Shown in pieces: positions 38,103 through 51,200 of a DNA stretch of 64,000 nucleotides. The notes beneath the pieces were generated by a model. The model was not told the DNA's origin, ran no database searches, and was given only the letters and a program-made list of their open reading frames with translations. Position 1 is the first letter of the stretch, and the number at the start of each line of letters is the position of its first letter. The stretch is from Squalus acanthias. Lineage: Eukaryota. The stretch lies in contig CM059431.1 of the NCBI GenBank assembly GCA_030390025.1, forward strand, positions 146,446,001 through 146,510,000. Reading direction: 5' to 3'. The position numbers and the translations under genes are program-made.

Positions 38103-38408
38103 GAACTGTTTTCAGCGTTGACAGAAGTCTGGATAATTCCGCAAGAATACTTTCGTTGCTTTTTCACAATAGGTTTGTGTCTGTTACACTAAATAAACGA
38201 GGGCATCAGGCGCTTCTCTGCATGACACTGGGGAACTAGTGAGACAGATTTTACAGCAAGGTCCTAGTTAGTTTGAGGAAAACCAAATCAAATATTACAG
38301 AGCGTGGTCGCAGATGAAGGTCTCACCACATCTTTGTGAAAAAATAAGAACAAGATAAAAGTGCCGCCAGCTGCAAGAGGGATGGTGTGAGGCATTATCG
38401 CTCCCCGC

Positions 38409-40667
38409 CCCGTGCTCCATCCTTTTTCCTTACACCGTTATCACAGGACAGGGTCCCGTGCTCCATCCATTCTCCTTACACCCTTATCACAGGACAGGGT
38501 CCCGTGCTCCATTCTTACACCGTTATCACAAGACAGGGTCCCGTGCTCCATCCTTTCTCCCAGCACCGTTATCACAGGACAGGGTCCCGTGCTCCATCCT
38601 TACACCGTTATCACAGGACAGGGTCCCGTGCTCCGTCCTTTCTCCTCACACCGTTATCACAGGACAGGGTCCCGTGCTCCATTCTTACACCGTTATCACA
38701 GGACAGGGTCCCGTGCTCTATCCTTTCTCCTCACACCGTTATCACAGGACAGGGTCCCGTGCTCCGTCCTTTCTCCTCACACCGTTATCACAGGACAGGG
38801 TCCCGTGCTCCATTCTTACACCGTTATCACAGGACAGGGTCCCGTGCTCTATCCTTTCTCCTCACACCGTTATCACAGGACAGGGTCCCGTGCTCCATCC
38901 TTACACCGTTATCACAGGACAGGGTCCCGTGCTCCGCCCTTTCTCCTTACACCGTTATCACATGGGGACCTGCTCGATGGCAGAGGAGCGGGCTGGATGG
39001 CGCCGGAGGAGTTGGCGAGGCGCATGTCATGGATCAACGTCCGGATCGCAGTGAAAGCCATTGAGTCGCTAAAAGTGGCACTGGGCCCCGTCTCCACTAG
39101 GTGTGTCGAGGAGGCTCAAGCACGTGGGGCGATCCCGTCCGAACTGACCCCCGTTCGGACGGAATTCCTTATCGGTGCCCGGCCCCGAATCCTTCCTCGG
39201 GAGCCGCCGCCTCACCACTTGAGCCTTCTCGGAGAAATGCCCTCCGTGCCCTTTCAATCCGCACGGAGGTGTTTTCTGTACGGGCTGCTCCTGCACACTC
39301 TCCACTTTGCCATCTTCGTCTGCCGTCTGGACACGCCTTGGCATACCATCTTGCCGTCCGGTGGAGGCGAAGGTCCCCAATGGAGGGCTCTCTACGCGGG
39401 TGTCTTCCCTTGTTCTATTGGGGACTTGGCCTGGAGGGTGCTGCACGGAGCAGTCCCGTGCAATAGGGTTTTAAATAGGTTCACGGACTCCCGGGCTGCT
39501 TGCCATTTCTGCGGCCTGGAGGAGTCCGTTTTTCACATATATATGGAGTGTGAGAGGTTACAGCCCCTCTTTCATTATTTGAGGGGGCTGCTCCTCAATT
39601 TCTGGTTGCACTTCAGCCCCAAGCTCCTGATCTACGGTCACCCGGTACGGAGGGGAGCGGGCAGGTCGGAGGACCTCCTCGTAGGACTGCTCCTGGGCCT
39701 GGCCATGAAGGCCATTAATTGGTCCAGGCAGCGGGTGGTCGAGGGGGTCGTTCGGCCCGATTGCCTGCCTCTCTTTCGCGGCCATGTTCGCGCCCGGGTG
39801 GCCCTGGAGATGGAGCACGCGGTGTCCGCCGGCACGCTTGAGTTTTTCCGCGACCGGTGGGCGCCGCGGGGACTGGAGTGCATCGTCACCCCGGGCTACC
39901 AAATTTTAATTTGATTTATTAAGTTTCATTTAAAGTTTTAATTGATTTACAGTGATTTGGTTCTGTCCAACCAAAAAGAGTTACACCGTTATCACAGGAC
40001 AGGGTCCCGTGCTCCATCATTTCTCCTTACACCGTTATCACAGGACAGGGTCCCGTGCTCCATTCTTACACCGTTATCACAGGACAGGGTCCCGTGCTCC
40101 ATCCTTAAACCGTTATCACAGGACAGGGTCCCGTGCTCCGTCCTTTCTCCTCACACCATTATCACAGGACAGGGTCCCGTGCTCCATCCTTTCTCCCAGC
40201 ACCGTTATCACAGGACACTGTCCCGTGCTCCATCCATTCTCCTTACACCGTTATCACAGGACAGGGTCCCGTGCTCCATCCTTTCCCCTTACACCGTTAT
40301 CACAGGCCAGGGTCCCGTGCTCCATCCTTTCCCCTTACACCGTTATCACAGGCCAGGGTCCCGTGCTCCATCCTTTCTCCTTACACCGTTATCACAGGAC
40401 AGGGTCCCGTGCTTCGTCCTTTCTCCTTACACCGTTATCACAGGACAGGGTCCCGTACTCCATCCTTACACCGTTATCACAGGACAGGGTCCCGTGCTTC
40501 GTCCTTTCTCCTTACTCCGTTATCACAGGACAGAGTCCCGTGCTCCATCCTTTCTCCTTACACCGTTATCACAGGACAGGGTCCCGTGCTTCGTCCTTTT
40601 ATCCGAGCACCGTTATCACAGGACAGGGTCCCGTGCTCCGTCCTCTCTCCTTACACCGTCATCACAG
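38409..40667. repeat. Minisatellite of mixed 46- and 39-bp units, interrupted by a Tx1 element
   Basis: ccgtgctccat(cctttct)ccttacaccgttatcacaggacagggtc. Confidence 0.95.
38963..39980 (+). mobile_element. 5'-truncated Tx1/L1-clade non-LTR retrotransposon, ORF2 C-terminus open to 39914
   Basis: DLAWRVLHGAV and CHFCGLEESVFHIYMEC zinc knuckle; ends ccaaaaagag; 16-bp duplication ttacaccgttatcaca at 38947-38962 and 39981-39996. Confidence 0.85.
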
Positions 40668-43600
40668 GATTGCTACCAGTGCCACGTGCTAGTCATAGTA
40701 GAAATAGGAGGATATTTCAAATGAATACGTGGCTAGAGGAATGGTGCAAGGGGGAGGGATTCAAATTCCTGGGACATTGGAACCGGTTCTGGGGGAGGTG
40801 GGACCAGTACAAACCGGACGGTCTGCACCTGGTCAGGCCCGGGATCGCTGTCCTAGGGGGAGTGTTTGCTAGTGCTGTTGGGGAGAGTTTAAACTAAAGT
40901 GGCAGGGCTTTGGGAATCTGAGCAGGGAGACAGAGGAAAGCGTGTCAGGAAGGGATAGAGGTATGGAGTAAAAGGTAAAGTGTTAAAAAAGGAAAAAGCA
41001 GGAACTAAGTGTCACAACACATATTTGAAAGTTCTTTATCTGAATGCACGTAGCATTCGTAACAAAATGGACGAGTTGCCGGCACAAATAACTACGTATG
41101 GGTATGATCTTGTGGCCATTATAGAAACATGGCTGCAGAGTGACAACGACTGGGAATTAAATATGCCAGGGTATTTAACAATCAGGAAGGACATGCAGGA
41201 AGGAAGGGGAGGTGTGGTGGCTATGTTAATAAAGGAAGGAATCAGTGTAATACAGAGAAATGATATTGGGTCAAAAGATCAGGATAATGAAACAGTTTGG
41301 GTCGAGATAAGGAATAATAAGGGGAAAAAAACACTAGTGGGAGTAGTATATAGGCCTCCTAATAGTTGCAACTCTGCTGGAAGCAGTATTAATCAGGAAA
41401 TAGTTGGGGCATGTAATAAGGGTACAGCTATAATTATGGGGGATTTTAACTATCATATTAACTGGACAAATCAAATTGGGCAGGGCAGCCTTGAGGAAGA
41501 GTTTATTGAGTGTATTAGGGATGGATTTCTTGAGCAGTATGTAACTGATCCTACAAGGGGGCAAGCAACCTTGGACATGGTCCTGTGTAATGAGTCAGGA
41601 TTAATTAATAATGTCCAAGTTAAGGATCCCCTTGGAATGAGTGACCATAACATGGTTGAATTCCATATCCAATTCGAGGGTGAGAAGGTTGGTTCTCAAA
41701 CAAGCGTACTGAGCTTGAATAAAGGAGACTTAGATGGTATGAGAGCGGAATTGATTAAAGTGGACTGGGAAACTAGATTAAAGGGTAAGACGGTACATGA
41801 GCAGTGGTGTTCATTTAAAGAGTTATTTTACAACTTTCAAAAAAAAAATATTCCACTGAGGAAAAAAGGGTGTAAAATAAATGACAGCCATCTGTGGCTA
41901 AGTAAAGAAATTAAGGATAGTATCCGACTAAAAACAAGGACATATAAGGTAGCCAAACTTAGAGGGAGGATAGAAGATTGGGAAGTCTTCAAAAGACAGC
42001 AAAAAGTAACTAACGGATTGATTAAGAAAGGGAAGATAGATTATGAAAATAAATTAGCAAAAAATATAAAAACAGATAGCAAGAGTTTCTATAGTTATAT
42101 AAAAAGAAAAAGGGTGGCTGAGGCAAACGTAGGTCCCTTTGAGGATGAGACCGGGAAATTATTGGTGGGAAACATGGAGATGGCAAAAATGCTGAACAAA
42201 TATTTTGTTTCAGTCTTTACGGTAGAGGACACTAAGAATATCCCAACACTGGACAAACAGGGGGCTCTAGACGGGGAGGAGCTAAATACGAATAACATCA
42301 CTAAGGAATTGATACTCAGTAAAATAATGAGACTCAAGGCGGATAAATCCCCTGGACCTGATGGCTTACATCCTAGGGTCTTGAGGGAAGTGGTAGTAGG
42401 GATTGTGGATGCTTTGGTAATAATTTTCCAAAATTCCCTGGACTCAACAAAGGTCCCGGCAGATTGGAAAACTGCTAATGCAGCACCCTTATTTAAAAAG
42501 GGTAGCAGGCAGAAGGCTGGAAATTATAGACCAGTTAGCCTAACATCTGTGGTGGGTAAAATTTTGGAGTCTATTATTAAGGAGACAGTAACGGAACATT
42601 TAGACAAACATAATTCAATAGGACAAAGTCAGCATGGCTTTATGAAGGGGAAGTCATGTCTGACAAATTTGCTTCCGTTCTTTGAGGACATAACATACAG
42701 GGTGGATAAAGGGGAACCAGTGGACGTAGTGTATTTAGACTTCCAGAAGGTATTCGACAAGGTGCCACATAAAAGATTATTGCTCAAGATAAAAAATCAC
42801 TGGATTGGGGGTAATATTCTGGAATGGGTGGAGGATTGGTTATCTAACAGATAGCAGAGAGTTTGGATAAATGGTTCATTCTCGGACTGGCAACCAGTAG
42901 CCAGTGGTGTTCCGCAGTGGTCGGTGCTGGGTCTCCAACTCTTTACAATCTATATTAACGATTTGGAGGAGGGGACCGAGTGTAAAATATAAAAGTTTGC
43001 AGATGATACAAAGATGGGACGGAAAGTAGAAAGTGAGGAGGACATAAAAAACCTACAAGGTGATATAGACAGGCAGGGTGAGTGGGCGGAGATTTGGCAG
43101 ATGCAATACAATATTGGAAAATGTGAGGTTATGCACTTTGGCAGGAAAAATCAGAGAGCAAGTTATTATCTTAATGGCGAGAAACTGGAAAGTACTGCAG
43201 TACAAAGGGATCTAGGGGTCCTAGTGCAAGAAAATCAAAAAGTTAGTATGCAGGTGCAGCAGGTGATCAAGAAGGCCAACGGAATGTTGGTTTTTATTGC
43301 TCGGGGATAGATTATAAAAACAGGGAGGTATAGCTGCCGTTATATAAGGTATTGGTGAGACCGCACCTACAATACTGCGTACAGTTTTGGTGTCCATACT
43401 TAAGAAAAGACATACTTTTTCCCGAGGCAGTACAAAGAAGGTTCACTCGGTTAATCCCGGGGATGAATTGGGGACATATGAGGAGAGGTTGAGTAGATTG
43501 GGACTCTACTTATTGGAGTTCAGAAGAATGAGAGGCGATCTTATTGAAACATATACGATTGTGAAGGGGCTTGATCGGGTGGATGCGGTAAGGATGTTCC

Positions 43601-44027
43601 CAAGGATTGGTGAAACTAGAACTGGGGGCCATAATCTTAGAATAAGGGGCTGCTCATTCAAAACTGAGATGAGAAGGAACTACTTCACTCAGAGGGTGGT
43701 AGGTCCATGGAATATGCTGCCCCAGGAAGCTGTGGAAGCTACATCATTAAATAAATTTAAAACAGAAATAGACAGTTTCCAAGAAGTAAAGGGAATTAGG
43801 GGTTACGGGGAGCGGGCAGGAAATTGGACATGAGGCTGAGTTCGGATCGGTCAAGGCCCTGTGGGTGGCGGAGCGGGCCCAGGGGCTGAGTGGCCGGGAC
43901 CTGCTCCTACTTCTTGTGTTGTTTAGATTTGAGGTTAGGATCAGATCAGCCATGATCGTATTGAATGGCGGAGCAGGCTCGAGGGGCCGATTGGCCTACT
44001 CCTGCTCCTATTTCTTATGTTCTTATG
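40666..44027 (+). mobile_element. CR1 family B: end of ORF1, full-length ORF2 region (624 aa open, then stops), 3' UTR
   Basis: DGLHL; YLNARSIRNK, YRPPN, SDHN, DFQKVFDKVPH, FADDTK; tail ttcttatgttcttatg. Confidence 0.93.
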
Positions 44028-44111
44028 ACAGGGTCACATCGCTCCGGTTCTGGGGCTGGTGGGGGCGCATCCCTGCCCGCGCTGTGTGTCTTTGTGATTC
44101 TCCGATCTGTC

Positions 44112-44583
44112 AGTAAATCCTTTCATGAGGATCTATTGGAGGGTAAGTCTGGGACCAGCAGCCGCCGTAATTCCAGCTGGAATCGTCTATATTAAAGCTG
44201 CTGCAGTTAAAAAGCCGTGAGTTAGATCTTGGGATGGAGCTGCTGGTCGGTAGTGAGACGAGCGACCTCCTGTCGCAGCTCTGGCCTCTGGGCGCCCCCT
44301 TGATGCTCTTCTCTGAATGTCCTGGGGTTCGAAACGTTACATTTCAAATACAGTTTCCACAGCAGGCCGGGAACCTGAACACTCCACCTGGAGTAATGGA
44401 ATAGGACTCTGGGTCTGTGTTGTCGGTTTGGGGAACTGGGACCGTGATTCAGAGGGACGGTCAGGTCCAGTCATATTGGGCTACTAGAAATAAAATTCTT
44501 GGACTGCTGCAAGATCAAAAATGTGAAATCACTTTCCACAAATATTCTCATTAATCAAGAATGAAAGTCGGAAGTTCAAAGAC
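44112..44583 (+). pseudogene. Decayed 18S rRNA fragment (helix 18 region through V4)
   Basis: gaggatctattggagggtaagtctgggaccagcagccgccgtaattccagct and cattaatcaagaatgaaagtcggaagttcaaagac match conserved 18S motifs with many substitutions. Confidence 0.88.
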
Positions 44584-45290
44584 AACAACTTGCATTTATA
44601 TAGCGCCTTTAACACTATAAAACATCCACTGGAGCTTCACAGAAACCTGATCCGATGAATATCGAGCCCGATCCAAAGAGCACTGCTTGTGGGAGGTGAG
44701 GGCCGTGGGAGCGGAGGGAAAGAGTTTAAAGAATTTCAGTTCGCAGTGGAGACAATAAGCTCGGGGGTAACTTCGCTCTCCAGGGTGATCCTGGAATAAT
44801 GAACAGTTTTGTCTGAGGAGAGCAGGGCTCGATAGTGCTTATTGTGGTTCAGGCAGACCTGCCGATGGTTGGCTGAACCAGGTGTGTGCCGGATATGATC
44901 CCGTCTCTTTGCCTTGAAATTTACTAAGTGAAGATGGGGCCATAGCAGAAGGACCGGCTTCGGTAGGAGACAGTAAGGACGTAAATGGTGAACAGGTCAT
45001 TAATGGGGCAGGGGAACATCGACAACAACAGAAGGATCGTGGCCACGGCGGACCGTTGGCAGATTGAAAGTGCAATTGTAAATTATATGGGGATAGTTGG
45101 TTGAAGCCGCAGAGACAAACATAAGCGACTGAGGAAAATGGGTTGTGAAGGATGCTTGGAAGTGATCGGGAATGATCAGTCTTTTGTACAGCCAGTAAGA
45201 TTAGACCGGCCAGTGAGATGGCAAAGTCGAGAGGGAGGTCGTGAATATAGCTGGGAGACTTTATATGAGAAGCATTGAGGGAATTCTGGA
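44584..45290 (-). mobile_element. L2 LINE fragment(s)
   Basis: Starts with aacaacttgcatttatatagcgccttta, the reverse complement of the L2 tail; the inner extent is uncertain. Confidence 0.55.
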
Positions 45291-45294
45291 GGGC

Positions 45295-48200
45295 AGGGTA
45301 ATAGGATCACCACAAGTAACATTCGATTAGTGTCACCAAAAATAATATTAGAATAGAGTCAGCATGAACAATGTTAGTGTAAGGTCAACACCAGTTATCT
45401 TAGAGTAGGGTCACCACCAGTAATATTGGAGCCGGGTCACCACAAGTAATGTTAGAATAGAGTCAGCATGAACAATGTTAGTGTGAGGTCAACACCAGTA
45501 ATATTGGAGTAGGGTCACCTCCAGTAATATAAGAGTCGGGTCACCACAAGTAATGTTAGAATAGAGTCACAATGAACAATGTTAGTGTAAGGTCAACACC
45601 CGTAATCATAGATTAGGGTCACCACCAGTAATGTTAGAGTAGAGTCACCACCAGTAATGTTAGAGTAGGGTCACCACCAGTAATGTTAGAGTAGGGTAAC
45701 CAAAAGTAATGTTAGAGTAGAGTCACCATCAGTAATGTTAGAGAAGGGACACCACCAGTAATGTTAGAGTAGGGTCACCACCAGTAATGTTAGAGTAGGG
45801 TCACCACCAGTAATTTTAAATTAGGGGCACCACCAGTAATGTTAGAGTAGGTTCACCACCTGTAATTTTAGAGTAGATTCACCATCAGTTATGTTAGAGT
45901 AGGGTCACCACCAGTAATGTTAGAGTAGGGTCACATCCAGTAATATAAGAGTAGAGTCAACATCAGTAATGTTAGAGTAGGGACACCATCAGTAATGTTA
46001 GAGTAGGGTCACCACCAGTAATGTTAGAGTAGGGTCACCACCAGTAATGTTAGAGTATGGTCACCACCAGTAATTTTATATTAAGGTCACCACCAGTAAT
46101 GTTAGAGTAGGGTCACCACCAGTAATGTTCGAGTAGGTTCACCATCAGTAATGTTAGAGTAGGGTCACCACAAGTAATGTTCGAGTAGGTTCACCATCAG
46201 TAATGTTAGAGTAGGGTCACCACCATTAAAGTTAGAGTAGGGTCACCACCAGTAATGATAGAGTAGGGTCACTACCAGTAGTGTCAGAGTAGATTCACCA
46301 CCAGTAATGTTGGAGAAGGGTCACGAACAGTAATGTTAGAGTAGAGTCATCCACAATTAATGTTAGAGTAGAATCACCACCAGTAATGTTATAGTAGAGC
46401 CACCACCAGTAATGTTGGAGTAGGGTCTCCACCAGTAATGCTAGAGTAGGGTCACCACCAGTAATGTTAGATTAGGGTCACCACCAGTAATGTTAAAGTA
46501 AGGTCACCACCAGTAATGTTAGAGTAGGTACACCACCAGTAATGTTAGAGTAGAATCACCACCAGTAATGTTATAGTAGAGTCACCACCAGTAATGTTAA
46601 AGTAGGGTCACCACCAGTCACGTTAGAGTAGGGTCACCACCAGTAATGTTGCAGTAGCTTCACCACAAGTAATGTTAGAGTAACTTCACCACCAGTAATG
46701 TTACAGTAGGGTCACCACCAGTAATGTTAGAGCGGGTTCACCACCAGTAACGTTAGTGTAGGGTCACCACCAGTAATGTTGGAGCAAAGTCACCGCAAGT
46801 AATGTTAGAGTTGGGTCACCACCAGTAAGGTGAGAGTAGGGTCACCATCAGTAATGTTAGAGTAGGGTCACCACCAGTAATGTTAGAGTAGGGTCACCAC
46901 CAGTAATTTTATATTAGGGTCACCACCAGTAATGTTAGAATAGAGTCACCATGAACAATGTTAGTTTAAGGTCAACACCAGTAATCATAGATTAGGGTCA
47001 CCACCAGTAATGTTAGAGTAGGGTCACCACCAGTAATGTTAGAGTAGGGTCACCACCAGTAATTTTATATTAGGGTCACCACCAGTAATGTTAGAATAGA
47101 GTCACCATGAACAATGTTAGTGTAAGGTCAACACCAGTAATCATAGATTAGGGTCACCACCAGTAATGTAGAGTAACTTCACCACCAGTAATGTTACAGT
47201 AGGGTCACCACCAGTAATGTTAGAGCGGGTTCACCACCAGTAAAGTTAGTGTAGGGTCACCACCAGTAATGTTGGAGCAAGGTCACCGCAAGTAATGTTA
47301 GAGTGGGGTCACCACCAGTAAGGTGAGAGTAGGGTCACCATCAGTAATGTTAGAGTAGGGTCACCACCAGTAATGTTAGAGTAGGGTCACCACCAGTAAT
47401 TTTATATTAGGGTCACCACAAGTAATGTTAGAATAGAGTCATCATGAACAATGTTAGTGTAAGGTCAACACCAGTAATCATAGATTAGCGTCACCACCAG
47501 TAATGTTAGAGTAGAGTCACCACCAGTAATGTTAGAGTAGGGTCACCACCAGTATTGTTACAGTAGGGTAATCACCAGTAATGTTAGAGTAGAGTCACCA
47601 TCAGTAATGTTAGAGTAGGGACACCACCAGTAATGTTAGAGTAGGGTCACCACCAGTAATGTTAGAGTAGGGTCACCACCAGTAATTTTAAATTAGGGGC
47701 ACCACCAGTAATGTTAGAGTAGGGTCACCACCAGTAATGTTAGAGTTGGGTCACCACCAGTAATTTTATATTAGGGTCACCACCAGTAATGTTACAGAAG
47801 GGTCACCACGAGTAACGTTAGAGTAGGGTCACCATCAGTATTGTTAGAGTAGGGTCAACACCAGTAATGTTAGAGTAGGGTCACCACCAGTAATGTTAGA
47901 TTATGGTCACCACCAGTAATGTTAGAGTAGGGACACCACCAGTAATGTTAGAGTAGATTCACCACCAGTAATGTTAGAGTAGAGTCACCACCAGTAATGT
48001 TAAAGTAGGGTCACCACCAGTAATGTTAGAGTAGGGACACCACCAGTAATGTTAGAGTAGATTCACCACCAGTATTGTCAGAGTAGAGTCACCACCATTA
48101 ATGTTAAAATAGGGTCACCACCAGTCACGTTAGAATAGGGTCACCACCAGTAATGTTGCAGTAGCTTCACCACAGGTAATGTTAGAGTAACTTCACCACC

Positions 48201-51200
48201 AGTAATGTTACAGTAGGGTCACCACCAGTAATGTTAGAACGGGTTCACCACCAGTAACGTTAGTGTAGGGTCACCACCAGTAATGTTGGAGCAAGGTCAC
48301 CACAAGTAATGTTAGAGTGGGGTCACCACCAGTAAGGTGAGAGTAGGGTCACCACCAGTAATGTTAGAGTAGGGTCACCACCAGTAATGTTAGAGTAGGG
48401 TCACCACCAGTAATGTTAGAGTAGGGTCACCACCAGTAATTTTATATTAAGGTCACCACCAGTAATGTTAGAGTAGGGACACCACCAGTAATGTTAGAGT
48501 AGGGTCACCACCAGTAATTTTATATTAAGGTCACCACCAGTAATGTTAGAGTAGGGTCACCACCAGTAATGTTCGAGTAGGTTCACCATCAGTAATGTTA
48601 GAGTAGGGTCACCACCAGTAATGTTCGAGTAGGTTCACCATCAGTAATGTTAGAGTAGGGTCACCACCATTAAAGTTAGAGTAGGGTCACCACCAGTAAT
48701 GATAGAGTACGGTCACTACCAGTAGTGTCAGAGTAGATTCACCACCAGTAATGTTGGAGAAGGGTCACGAACAGTAATGTTAGAGTAGAGTCATCCACAA
48801 TTAATGTTAGAGTAGAATCACCACTAGTAATGTTATAGTAGAGCCACCACCAGTAATGTTGGAGTAGGGTCTCCACCAGTAATGCTAGAGTCGGGTCACC
48901 ACCAGTAATGTTAGATTAGGGTCACCACCAGTAATGTTAAAGTAAGGTCACCACCAGTAATGTTAGAGTAGGTACACCACCAGTAATGTTAGAGTAGATT
49001 CACCACCAGTAATGTTAGAGTAGAGTCACCACCAGTAATGTTAAAGTAGGGTCACCACCAGTCACGTTAGAGTAGGGTCACCACCAGTAATGTTGCAGTA
49101 GCTTCACCACAAGTAATGTTAGAGTAACTTCACCACCAGTAATGTTACAGTAGGGTCGCCACCAGTAATGTTAGAGCGGGTTCACCACCAGTAACGTTAG
49201 TGTAGGGTCACCACCAGTAATGTTGGAGCAAGGTCACCACCAGTAATGTTAGAGTGGGGTCACCACCAGTAATGTTAGAGTAGGGTCACCACCAGTAATG
49301 TTAGAGTAGGGTCACCACCAGTAATGTTAGAGTAGGGTCACCACCAGTAATTTTATATTAGGGTCACCACCAGTAATGTTAGAGTAGGGTCACCACCAGT
49401 AACGTTAGAGTAGGGACACCATCAGTATTGTTAGAGTAGGGTCACCACCAGTAATGTTAGATTAGGGTCACCACCAGTAATGTTAAAGTAAGGTCACCAC
49501 CAGTAATGTTAGAGTAGGGACACCACCAGTAATGTTAGAGTAGATTCACCACCAGTAATGTTAGAGTAGAGTCACCACCAGTAATGTTAAAGTAGGGTCA
49601 CCACCAGTCACGTTAGAGTAGGGTCACCACCAGTAATGTTGCAGTAGCTTCACCACAAGTAATGTTAGAGTAGGGACACCACCAGTAATGTTAGGGGTAG
49701 AAATTAGGTCGCGCCCCATTTGGGGCGCAAATATCGTCTGGACGCAAATATTAGCGCCTGGCGCTAATTATCGGCACTGACTGGAAACTTCACTTTTACC
49801 GCCCCGGGAGGTGAGTGGAGCGCTAAAGCAGGCGCTGCACACCTGTCTTAAGGCGCAAAGGCCAAGGAGTGAGGCGCTAACTCAGAGCGCTGGCGAAGCT
49901 CATGTAATGTCAGTCAGCAATGGAACACACACACAATGGCACGGGCCAGTTCTTAAAGGGGATGGTTAATCTTGCTTTCCATCCACATCCTGTTCATTGC
50001 AGCCTTGAATCTCGGCCTGGAGAGACTTGCACATCAAATGTGCTGGAAAGAACAATGGAGAGTACCAGGCAAAGAGCTCAGAGTGCAGCTCGCACAGTCT
50101 CTGCTAAATCGATACAAGGAAGGGCAAATCAAAATGAACCTGCAAAGTGCTGCTCAGTACCCAAAACTCCTTCACACAACGTTGAATCTCTCCAGAAGTC
50201 TCTCCCTCTCTCTCTCAGAATGCGTAGTTCAAAAATGCCACCAACAATAAAAGGCAGGAAGAGGCCCCCTTTAAATAGCGCCCCCCCCCCCAGCCCCACA
50301 GCGATTGATAGCGTTCCAGTCTTCTGGTCGTTGCTAGCATTAGGCGGTAAGGCAGGGGGCGCTACTCAATTTCCGCTCCGGGGTGCCACAAGGGCGTTGC
50401 ACCATGGAATGACGTCACAATCTGCGCGCGCAGGTGGTCGCAGCGGTAAAGTTTAGCGCCGCCGCACAATGTCTAGTTAAGTTCCCGAGCGGCGCAAACA
50501 TCGCTGCGCCCGGGCGTTAGCGGCTTTGCGCCCCATTAGCGCCCTCTTAAGGTGCTAACGGGAGGCGCAATCAACTGCATTTTTACCCCTCAGAGTAACT
50601 TCACCACCAGTAATGTTACAGTAGGGTCACCACCAGTAATGTTAGAACGGGTTCACCACCAGTAACGTTAGTGTAGGGTCACCACCAGTAATGTTGGAGC
50701 AAGGTCACCACAAGTAATGGTAGAGTGGGGTCACCACCAGTATGGTGAGAGTAGGGTCACCACCAGTAATGTTAGAGTAGGGTCACCACCAGTAATGTTA
50801 GAGTAGGGTCACCACCAGTAATGTTAGAGTAGGGTCACCACCAGTAAGGTGAGAGTAGGGTCACCACCAGTAATGTTAGAGTAGGGTCACCACCAGTAAT
50901 GTTAGAGTTGGGTCACCACCAGTAATGTTAGAGTAGGGTCACCACCAGTAATGTTAGAGTAGGGTCACCACCAGTAATTTTATATTAAGGTCACCACCAG
51001 TAATGTTAGAGTAGGGTCACCACCAGTAATGTTCGAGTAGGTTCACCATCAGTAATGTTAGAGTAGGGTCACCACAAGTAATGTTCGAGTAGGTTCACCA
51101 TCATTAATGTTAGAGTAGGGTCACCACCATTAAAGTTAGAGTAGGGTCACCACCAGTAATGATAGAGTAGGGTCACTACCAGTAGTGTCAGAGTAGATTC

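Noticed and set aside
38387..40897. Long ORFs in all three plus-strand frames
   Set aside because: The minisatellite unit has no plus-strand stop triplet; the unique parts belong to Tx1 and CR1
49920..50456. 178-aa ORF inside the MITE
   Set aside because: No DDE transposase or Myb/SANT motifs recognisable
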